Made by a program: the position numbers and the translations under genes. A DNA stretch of 64,000 bases from an uncultured delta proteobacterium (GTDB lineage: Bacteria > Desulfobacterota > Desulfuromonadia > Geobacterales > Pseudopelobacteraceae), in assembly GCA_963772835.1 (NCBI GenBank), contig CAVYYZ010000012.1:192001-256000 (forward strand). Reading direction: 5' to 3'. Of the stretch, positions 9,727 to 17,491 are shown piece by piece. Each line of letters begins with the position of its first letter. The first letter of the stretch is position 1. The notes under the pieces were generated by a model. That model saw only the letters and a program-made list of their open reading frames with translations, was not told the DNA's origin and searched no databases.

Positions 9727-10664
9727 GGCATCGCCGCAGGGGGGGACGGCTCCTTATCCGGCGTTCCAGTGCCGTAGCCGGGGGGGGGAACCTGTCCGCC
9801 GCGCAGCTCGGGGTAGGCTTCGGGATAGAAACTGTCATAAAACCAGCGATATTTGCAGAATATCTCCCGCGCAATCCGGGGGGATATGCGATGAGCGGGA
9901 GGGGGAGAAATTTTCGGGTGAGTGGCGTGGCGGTACTTGTAGCGGTAGTAGCTGTCGCTCTCATGCGGCTTCACCGGGAGCGTGCCCGGGTCGATGGTGC
10001 AGTCCGGCAGTCCCAGCCAGGTGAAGATCCGGGACATCTCGCCCGCCGGATCGTTCATCAGCCGCTCGAAGATAACAAAGTAGACCCGCTCTTTGATGCC
10101 GGTGTCTTCAGAGATGTCCTGCAGATTCTCAATGGACCGGAGCGGCCCTCCCACGACGCCGTTGTTGCTGAAGAGAGAATCCCCCCGGAACCAGGCTGAG
10201 TTTGGAGCCATGTGGTCAGGAAAATCCAGCAGGAGTGTTTTCTGGTGCTGTGCCTCTATGGAACCGAGAATCTGGATCGGGTCGCGAACGCAGACCAGCA
10301 TGCGAAAAGCGGGGTCCAGCAGCTGCACCGTCTGTACCATGCCGAGCCAGCTCCGGTTCTTGTCCGCCACGAACGGCCGGTCGGTCTCCCCGGTCCAACC
10401 GTTGATAAAACCGCGGAAGGCATTGACGATGCGCCCGTACGCCAGATCGAAGTCCACGTCCAGCTGGGCGAGCAGAAAAGGGCTGTCACTCAGACCATGG
10501 CGCAGCTGTTCGAGAATGTTTGCAAGAGGAGAGCTGTGGCCAATACTGTAGATACGGGGGTGGATACCAAGAAGCTGACAGATGAGCGTGGAACCGGCAC
10601 GGGGAAGGCCGCTGACGTATACCATCTGTTTTGCAAGACCGGTGTGTGGAGCGCGTGAAGTCAT
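9723..10664 (-). CDS. PAPS-dependent sulfotransferase, RaxST/TPST-like
   Basis: 5'-PSB motif SGLPRAGST, DKNRSW, 3'-PB RMLVCVRDP, GVVG, FERLMNDP; SD GGAGGG before ATG 10664. Confidence 0.88.
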   Translation of the reverse strand: MTSRAPHTGLAKQMVYVSGLPRAGSTLICQLLGIHPRIYSIGHSSPLANILEQLRHGLSDSPFLLAQLDVDFDLAYGRIVNAFRGFINGWTGETDRPFVADKNRSWLGMVQTVQLLDPAFRMLVCVRDPIQILGSIEAQHQKTLLLDFPDHMAPNSAWFRGDSLFSNNGVVGGPLRSIENLQDISEDTGIKERVYFVIFERLMNDPAGEMSRIFTWLGLPDCTIDPGTLPVKPHESDSYYRYKYRHATHPKISPPPAHRISPRIAREIFCKYRWFYDSFYPEAYPELRGGQVPPPGYGTGTPDKEPSPPAAMP

Positions 10665-10801
10665 GGTACCCTCCGGAGGTATATACAACTGCAAAAGCGC
10701 GAAAATTTTAATGCACAACCCTCAAATAAGCAATCACTTCCATCAGATAGTGCTAAAATTTTATCTTTCGCAGCAGGCGTTTCAGTGTATAGTTACGTCC
10801 C

Positions 10802-11557
10802 ATGATCGCCTCGACTCCCCAGACCCTCTTTGCCGCTTCCGCGCTGCTCGGCTTCTGTGCCCAGATGGTGGGAAGCTCCCTTGGCATGGCATACAGCGTC
10901 ACCTGCTCCTCCGTGCTTCTTACCATGGGCATACCCCCCGCCATGGCGAGCGCCACGGTACATACATCTGAAATAGCCAACCGCCTGTTTTCAGGCATAT
11001 CCCATTTCCGTTTCGGCAATACCGACCCCGCCATTGTCAAGCCTCTGGCCCTTTTCGGCATGGCTGGTGCCCTGGTCGGCGCATGCCTGGTCACCTCGCT
11101 GCCGGCAGCTTTTATGCGGCCTCTGGTGGCTGTCATGCTCCTTGTCATGGGACTTCGCATCATTTCCATGGCCTACCGCAGCGCACGTCCCGAATCGGGA
11201 CCGGTCCGCCTCGGCCCGCTCGGTTTTGCCGGCGGCCTTGTCGATGTCATCGGTGGCGGCGGCTGGGGACCTGTGGTAACATCCACCTTGATGCTCAAGG
11301 GCCACGATACGCACAAAGTGATCGGTTCAATCAACTTCGCCAAGTTTTTCGTGGCAGCGGTGGAAGCGGCCGCACTCCTGGCCCTTATCAGGTCACCGCA
11401 ATGGACCATCATCGGCGGACTCGTTATCGGTGGACTTCTCGCCGCTCCCCTTTCCGCCTGGGGATGCAGAAAGCTCCCGACACGGCCCCTCATGCTGCTT
11501 GTGGGCGCCCTGGTCTGTGTTCTCAGCATCAGAACGCTCGTAAAGGCCTTCACATGA
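10802..11557 (+). CDS. TauE/SafE family sulfite/sulfur-compound transporter
   Basis: Hydrophobic multi-TM protein; [30 protein letters not shown] motifs. Confidence 0.88.
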   Translation: MIASTPQTLFAASALLGFCAQMVGSSLGMAYSVTCSSVLLTMGIPPAMASATVHTSEIANRLFSGISHFRFGNTDPAIVKPLALFGMAGALVGACLVTSLPAAFMRPLVAVMLLVMGLRIISMAYRSARPESGPVRLGPLGFAGGLVDVIGGGGWGPVVTSTLMLKGHDTHKVIGSINFAKFFVAAVEAAALLALIRSPQWTIIGGLVIGGLLAAPLSAWGCRKLPTRPLMLLVGALVCVLSIRTLVKAFT

Positions 11558-12456
11558 TCCGCATGGATGCTCTCACTCTCCTGGAACAGGAATCAATCCG
11601 CATCATCCGCGAGGCGGTTGCCGAGGCAGAGCACCCGGCCATGCTCTACTCCATCGGCAAGGATTCGTCAGTCATGCTCCATCTCGCCCTGAAGGCATTC
11701 TTCCCGTTGAAGCCCCCCTTTCCACTCGTGCATGTTGATACCACCTGGAAGTTCCGTGAAATGATCCTCTTCCGTGACCAGACCGTCCGAAGAGTCGGGA
11801 TGGAGCTCATCACCCACACTAACCCCGAAGGACTTCGGCAGGGAGTAACCCCGTTCACCCATGGAAGCCGCGTCTATACCGACATTATGAAGACTGAGGC
11901 CCTCAAGCAGTCCCTTGACACCCACCGCTTCGACATGCTGTTCGGTGGTGCCCGCCGTGACGAGGAGAAGAGCCGCGCCAAGGAGCGAATTTTCTCTTTC
12001 CGGGATGTCGGCCACCGCTGGGACCCGCGGGGGCAGCGCCCCGAACCGTGGGAAATCCCGAATCTTCGCAGAAACCGTGGCGAGAGTTTCCGCGTCTTCC
12101 CGCTCTCCAACTGGACGGAACTGGACGTATGGCGCTATATCGAACGGGAGTCAATCCCGGTGGTGCCGCTCTATTTTGCCGCCCTCCGCCCGGTGGTGGA
12201 GCGCGACGGCCAGCTGTTGATGGCTGATGACGCCCGGATGGTTCTGTATCCGGGCGAGGAGATCCGCAATCGCACCGTGCGCTTCCGCACACTGGGATGC
12301 TACCCTCTGACCGCAGCGATGGAGTCCGGCGCAGCAACGATCGGCGAAATCGTTCGTGAGCTTGAAGCTGCGCGCACCTCTGAACGCTGCGGCAGGCTCA
12401 TCGATTTCGACCAGGCGGGGAGCATGGAGAAAAAGAAACAGGAGGGGTATTTCTGA
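11554..12456 (+). CDS. cysD: Sulfate adenylyltransferase subunit 2
   Basis: [57 protein letters not shown]; start set at the ATG overlapping the tauE stop. Confidence 0.97.
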   Translation: MIRMDALTLLEQESIRIIREAVAEAEHPAMLYSIGKDSSVMLHLALKAFFPLKPPFPLVHVDTTWKFREMILFRDQTVRRVGMELITHTNPEGLRQGVTPFTHGSRVYTDIMKTEALKQSLDTHRFDMLFGGARRDEEKSRAKERIFSFRDVGHRWDPRGQRPEPWEIPNLRRNRGESFRVFPLSNWTELDVWRYIERESIPVVPLYFAALRPVVERDGQLLMADDARMVLYPGEEIRNRTVRFRTLGCYPLTAAMESGAATIGEIVRELEAARTSERCGRLIDFDQAGSMEKKKQEGYF

Positions 12457-14402
12457 TGGTTCAGAAGGAGAACGGCATACTCCGGTTTCTGGCATGCGGC
12501 AGCGTCGACGATGGCAAGTCCACCCTGATCGGGCATCTGGTTCACCTCACCGGCAACCTGCCTGACGACCAGCTCCGCCTTCTGGAAGTCGAGAGTGCGC
12601 GCATCGGGACGGCTGACGGTTCCCTCGACTACTCCCTCCTGATGGACGGGCTCATGGCTGAGCGGGAGCAGGGAATCACCATAGACGTGGCCTACCGCTA
12701 CTTCGACACTCCGGATCGAAAGTTCATCGTCGCAGACACTCCGGGTCATGAACAGTACACCCGTAACATGGCCACCGGCGCATCACGCTGCAGCGCTGCC
12801 GTTATTCTCGTAGACGCAACTCTCGGAGTACTCCCCCAGACCCGCCGCCATACCCTCATCTGTGCCCTCATGGGGGTAGGAAACCTGCTCTTTGCGGTCA
12901 ATAAGATGGACCGGGCCGGATGGGCCGAGGCGCCATTCCGGCAGATCGAGCAGGAGTGTCACTGCATGGCCGAAGATGCGGCCCTCGTCGCCGCCGTACC
13001 GCTCTCTTTCCGGGCGCTGCCGGTTTCGGCGCTACGCGGCGATAACCTTTCATCCCCCTCCACCCGTATGCCCTGGCACGACAACAGTACCGTGCTCGGG
13101 TGGCTCCAGGGACTGCCGGATGAACGCACGTCCGAGGAGATTCCGTTCCGCATGCCGGTTCAGTACGTGCTCAAGGGGAAACCGGGTGGAGAAGGGTGGC
13201 GGGATGATGCCGGCGCTTTGACTATTCCCGGCGGACGTACCACCTGGCGTTCCTATGCCGGCACCGTCTCATCGGGCATTCTCCGCAAGGGCGACCGGGT
13301 CGTAGTGCTCCCTTCAGCCGTGGAAACCAGAGTGGAAATGCTGCTCCGGGGTGACCGGGAAGCGGAGGAGGCGACCGAAGGGATGGCGGTCTCGGTGGTG
13401 CTTGCCGGTGAGCAGGACATCTCGCGGGGTGACTGCATCGCACATCCTGACGATCGCCCGGAGCAGGCAGCCCTGTTCAGGGCCCGTCTCGTCTGGATGG
13501 GTACCGCGACGCTTTTCGCCGGGAGGCGTTACCTGTTCCGGAGCGTCTTCGGCACCACGGAGGCCGAGATCACCCGCATCCGCGGACGCATCGGTCTGGA
13601 AACATTCCAGCAGCTTTCGGCCGACTCCCTGGCACTCAACGACATCGGCGAAGTGGAGATCTCACTTTCCCGGCCACTCCCCTTCGACCCCTATCACCGG
13701 AACCGGGACACCGGCTCCTTCATCCTGATCGATCGTACGGAAAACAGCACCGTCGCCTGTGGCATGATTCGATACCCCATGAGGAGGGGAAGTAACATTC
13801 ACCGCCAGCGGGAGGACGTTTCCCGTGAACAGCGCGCAGCTCTGAAGGGGCAGCGACCCTGCGTTGTCTGGCTCACCGGTCTTTCCGGTTCGGGCAAGTC
13901 AACGGTGGCAAACGCACTTGAGGCCCGGCTTAACGGCATGGGGCACCATACCATGCTGCTTGACGGCGACAACGTCCGCCACGGACTTAATCACGACCTC
14001 GGCTTCACCGAGGCTGATCGCGTCGAGAACATCCGCCGCATCGGTGAAGTGGCAAAGCTTATGGTCGACGCAGGCCTGATCGTCATTACCGCCTTCATAT
14101 CACCGTTCCAGGCTGACCGCGACACGGTGAGGGCGCTTCTTCTTCCCGGCGAGTTTCTGGAGGTCCACCTCTCGACCCCCCTGGAGGTCTGCGAACAGCG
14201 GGACCCCAAAGGGCTGTATGCAAAGGCCCGCCTCGGCGAAATCCCCAATTTTACCGGCATCAACTCCCCCTATGAAGAACCGGAGGCTCCGGAACTGAGG
14301 CTGGACACAGCAAAGCTGTCTGCCGAGGCCTGCGCGGGAGCCGTACTGGCTCTACTGGAAACCGGGGGTCTGCTCCGCTCTCCCCCGAACGGCCGCACAT
14401 GA
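12456..14402 (+). CDS. cysNC: Bifunctional sulfate adenylyltransferase subunit 1 / APS kinase (CysNC/NodQ-type)
   Basis: GTPase motifs [32 protein letters not shown]-terminal kinase motifs [29 protein letters not shown]. Confidence 0.96.
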   Translation: MVQKENGILRFLACGSVDDGKSTLIGHLVHLTGNLPDDQLRLLEVESARIGTADGSLDYSLLMDGLMAEREQGITIDVAYRYFDTPDRKFIVADTPGHEQYTRNMATGASRCSAAVILVDATLGVLPQTRRHTLICALMGVGNLLFAVNKMDRAGWAEAPFRQIEQECHCMAEDAALVAAVPLSFRALPVSALRGDNLSSPSTRMPWHDNSTVLGWLQGLPDERTSEEIPFRMPVQYVLKGKPGGEGWRDDAGALTIPGGRTTWRSYAGTVSSGILRKGDRVVVLPSAVETRVEMLLRGDREAEEATEGMAVSVVLAGEQDISRGDCIAHPDDRPEQAALFRARLVWMGTATLFAGRRYLFRSVFGTTEAEITRIRGRIGLETFQQLSADSLALNDIGEVEISLSRPLPFDPYHRNRDTGSFILIDRTENSTVACGMIRYPMRRGSNIHRQREDVSREQRAALKGQRPCVVWLTGLSGSGKSTVANALEARLNGMGHHTMLLDGDNVRHGLNHDLGFTEADRVENIRRIGEVAKLMVDAGLIVITAFISPFQADRDTVRALLLPGEFLEVHLSTPLEVCEQRDPKGLYAKARLGEIPNFTGINSPYEEPEAPELRLDTAKLSAEACAGAVLALLETGGLLRSPPNGRT

Positions 14403-15418
14403 CCGTCCCTTGTACTGACGATCTGCTGCAGTTGGTGCTGAGATTGAACCACGAGCCCTACCGCTATTTCGACGACGGGGCCGTACTCAGCGCGCTCAGT
14501 GCCGATCCCGCCGGTTACGTGGAAGCGGTTTATATAGCGCTCCGTACTATCGCATCCGGTGAAGCCGGCCTCGATCTTCCGCCCAAGATGCTCCTTTCAG
14601 ACCCGGGTGAGCGTTCTGATTTCCGCGTGATGCCGTGTGTTGTGCGCTTTCCGGAACGTGTGAGAAAAACGGTCAAGATCATCGGGACGAACTGGCCCCG
14701 GAAGGTGGTACCGGGCGAAATAAGCGTCGGGAAGGCGTTTGCGCTTCATGCGCAGGAGAACTACATTGAAGCCGGTTTTGCCGGCTGTGTGCTGTCGTCA
14801 GCCCGGACGGGAGTCTGCGCAGCAGTGTCGCAGCGTCTCCTGGCGCCTGATGCCGTCTCCCTGGCCGTGATCGGAGCCGGCCGTGTCGGCTATTTTTCAG
14901 CCCTTTACATGGCCGCCCGGGGGAAACTCGAGCGGATACGGTTCCATGACATCGACGGTAATCGCGCCTCCCTTGCTGCAGAAGCAATCAACAGGGCCTT
15001 TCCGGAAGTAGCGACCGGTGTCTGTTCCTGCGCCGACGCAACCGGCGCGGATGTGCTGGTTATCGCCAGCGACAGCGAACATCCGCTTTTTTCGGCCACG
15101 GGTAAACGGCCACAACTTGTGATAAGCCTCGGGGCCGATACCGACTGGCAGAGCGAAGTGCACGACACGGTGCTTGATCACTATGAACTGTTCGTAGATA
15201 CCCTGGACTGTCTCAGGTATGGCGACCTGGCACGTTTTACCCGTGCGGGACTGCTTGAGGGAAAGAAAGTGACCGATCTGCTCTCACTTTTGGCAGATGA
15301 CATCTCCCCGCCGGTTGCCCCGCGCCTCTTCATCTCGACCGGTTCTGCCCTGTTCGACAACCTGACCATTGATTATCTGCTGACATCCGGCCTGCTCAAC
15401 CATCAACCTGAGAAATAA
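14399..15418 (+). CDS. Ornithine cyclodeaminase/mu-crystallin family protein
   Basis: FRVMP, VKIIG, LSSARTG, Rossmann [18 protein letters not shown]. Confidence 0.78.
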   Translation: MTVPCTDDLLQLVLRLNHEPYRYFDDGAVLSALSADPAGYVEAVYIALRTIASGEAGLDLPPKMLLSDPGERSDFRVMPCVVRFPERVRKTVKIIGTNWPRKVVPGEISVGKAFALHAQENYIEAGFAGCVLSSARTGVCAAVSQRLLAPDAVSLAVIGAGRVGYFSALYMAARGKLERIRFHDIDGNRASLAAEAINRAFPEVATGVCSCADATGADVLVIASDSEHPLFSATGKRPQLVISLGADTDWQSEVHDTVLDHYELFVDTLDCLRYGDLARFTRAGLLEGKKVTDLLSLLADDISPPVAPRLFISTGSALFDNLTIDYLLTSGLLNHQPEK

Positions 15419-16796
15419 AATCCTCGAATTTGCCGTTCGGGCTGCGCGGGATGCTCTCTACCCGCCGGCACGTCAGCTGATACGAGTAGCCGAGAGAAGT
15501 CCGGAGAGCGGTGGTCAACAACCGCTCCTCATGGCTGTTCAACTCGCGCTCCATGGCATAGGTGACCATAATGCTGTCTTTTCCCGTCTGGACCAGCTGC
15601 AGCTGCCGGATTGGCGCCACATGCATCCAGACCTCACCCGGAAAACTCGGCCAGAACCGCGCTCCGTCAGGTGCGACCGCCATGCCCCTGACGCGCCCCA
15701 GGATGCGGTTCAGTACCGGCAGCCCGCGACCGCACGGGCAGGATCCTCCGACTTCGGCATAGTCACCGACCTCGTAGCGAATCAGCGGCAGCGCGAAGTT
15801 GTGCAGCGAGGTCACCACCACCCGCCCGATTTCACCCGGCTGACATCTTGTGCCGTCATCAGACAGCACTTCCAGCAGAACTGTTTCCGCGTTGACGTGA
15901 TAGCAGTCGCCCAGTGGGCACTGCAGCGCCAGATAGCCCGTTTCCGTGGCGCTGTAGATGTCGATTAGAGGTACCCCGAACGATTCCCGCACCAGCTCCC
16001 TCAATTCATCACTCACCGACTCACCGAATGTTCTGATCTCCCTGCCAACTGGTCTGGTGCCGCGCCGGGTGGCCAGAAGTGAGAGTTCACGAAGATTGGA
16101 GGGGAGGGTCATCAGGTAGTCGGGGCGCAGTTCGCAGAGCCGCTCAAACTGTTCTTCAACTGCACTGCTGCTGTGCATCAGCCACATCGGGCCGGACGAC
16201 ATCAGCATGTCGACCGGGGCCCCCCACCCCTGCCGGGAAACAATGCCATCACGGCCGCCTCGATCTGGACGGATCGCGAACAGGGATTTGCTGAAATCGC
16301 GGCGGTGCCAGAAATGATCGCGCAGCGTCGTGACCTGCCAGAAGAAGCGGGTCAGGTCCGTACCGAGCACCTGGACAGGTCTGCCGGTCGAGCCTGATGA
16401 TTCCATGGTGAACACCGCACCATGAGAAGGAGGAACGGTTCTGCTGGCAAGGGATGCGTGTTCGTTTTGGAGGTCGGAGCGGGTCAGCACGGGAATTGCG
16501 GACCATATCGATTGGACGGACGGGTCATCGTGCGGCAGGGAGGGATTATATCCTGCGGACTCCAGACGGGTGCGATACCCCGGCGAGGTATCCCATGCGT
16601 GCCTGAGCAGCAGGGCAAGTTGACCCTGCTGCCGTTCCTGCAACTGCCCGTCCGATAGCCACTGGCTCTGTTCCATCTGGTAAAGGACCGCCATGAGGCG
16701 TGCGGCGTAGAGGCCGGGTACAGAAGGAAAAGATGCGCCCGGCATCAAGTCCGGACGCATCTGTCTAAAGCTGTCTTCCTCTGTTCTGCTCACCAC
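15396..16796 (-). CDS. PaaK/phenylacetate-CoA-ligase-like adenylate-forming enzyme (copy 1)
   Basis: ESSGSTGRP, LPSNL, DIYSATETG, PLIRYEVGD, ILGR, NGKFEDF; start uncertain (GTG 16796 or ATG 16760). Confidence 0.85.
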   Translation of the reverse strand: MVSRTEEDSFRQMRPDLMPGASFPSVPGLYAARLMAVLYQMEQSQWLSDGQLQERQQGQLALLLRHAWDTSPGYRTRLESAGYNPSLPHDDPSVQSIWSAIPVLTRSDLQNEHASLASRTVPPSHGAVFTMESSGSTGRPVQVLGTDLTRFFWQVTTLRDHFWHRRDFSKSLFAIRPDRGGRDGIVSRQGWGAPVDMLMSSGPMWLMHSSSAVEEQFERLCELRPDYLMTLPSNLRELSLLATRRGTRPVGREIRTFGESVSDELRELVRESFGVPLIDIYSATETGYLALQCPLGDCYHVNAETVLLEVLSDDGTRCQPGEIGRVVVTSLHNFALPLIRYEVGDYAEVGGSCPCGRGLPVLNRILGRVRGMAVAPDGARFWPSFPGEVWMHVAPIRQLQLVQTGKDSIMVTYAMERELNSHEERLLTTALRTSLGYSYQLTCRRVESIPRSPNGKFEDFISQVDG

Positions 16797-16816
16797 TCTG
16801 CCGGAGCGTGCAGCCC

Positions 16817-17491
16817 CTACCTCACACTGCAGGCGTCGATCCAGAACTGCGGCATATCGAGTTCAAGTGCCGGTTCGAACGGCAACAGAACCGGCATACT
16901 CCCGTCATCCTTCACATACCCGTACTGGCCGGCTCCGAAGATCATTGACCCCGCACTGTTGGAGACTTCTATCATCCCGTCGATGACAAAGAAGTAGACG
17001 CCGTTTTGAAGGCCGGGGCAGTTATCCTGGCATACTTTCAGATCGTACGAGGTGCCGCGCACCCCGATAGTAGCCGCCGGGGTTTTCATTTTGTAGGCAT
17101 TCGGATCTCCCCGTTTACTCACCTGACCTGTCACGGCCCGAAGGCTTCCCTTCACCAACCCGAACACGGCTTTGTCTCCGGCCGGCTTGTCCTTGTCGAA
17201 CTGATAGCCCTCCACCACGAAACTGCTTCCGGGACGGATGGTAATCTCGCCGCCATCGATGAACTTTACCCTGCCATAGGTGCGCTTTTCCGAAATCAGT
17301 GTATCTCCCTGCTCCACGGCGGAATTGACGGCCAGGGACCGTGAAGCTCCATCCGCTTTCCTGCCGAACAGCGGGCCGCTCAGGTTGGTCACGGTGCCCA
17401 CGCCTCCAACCGCCGCCTGACCGGGGAGCACCAGGGCGAACAGGAGAAAAATACTAATTGCAGTACGGAAAAGTACTGGATTCGGTGTCAT
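16817..17491 (-). CDS. Periplasmic FecR-domain protein with signal peptide
   Basis: Signal-like FLLFALVLPGQAA; L....VEQGDTL, LVKGSLRAVTG, KTPAATIGVRGT, VIDGMIEVSNSAG; SD AAGGAG before ATG 17491. Confidence 0.85.
   Translation of the reverse strand: MTPNPVLFRTAISIFLLFALVLPGQAAVGGVGTVTNLSGPLFGRKADGASRSLAVNSAVEQGDTLISEKRTYGRVKFIDGGEITIRPGSSFVVEGYQFDKDKPAGDKAVFGLVKGSLRAVTGQVSKRGDPNAYKMKTPAATIGVRGTSYDLKVCQDNCPGLQNGVYFFVIDGMIEVSNSAGSMIFGAGQYGYVKDDGSMPVLLPFEPALELDMPQFWIDACSVR

Noticed and set aside
9739..9788. G7 and G9 tracts near the 3' end of the sulfotransferase as phase-variation switches
   Set aside because: They affect only the last ~20 residues, and an in-frame TAA prevents a G9 slip from fusing to the MTase; no evidence of variation.
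10665..10801. RaxX-like precursor peptide gene near the sulfotransferase
   Set aside because: The intergenic gaps in the locus are short, and I found no small ORF with an SD and a DY core. One elsewhere in the genome cannot be excluded.
11083..11553. 157-aa N-terminal extension of CysD in the ORF track
   Set aside because: It overlaps tauE in another frame; CysD similarity begins at ATG 11554.
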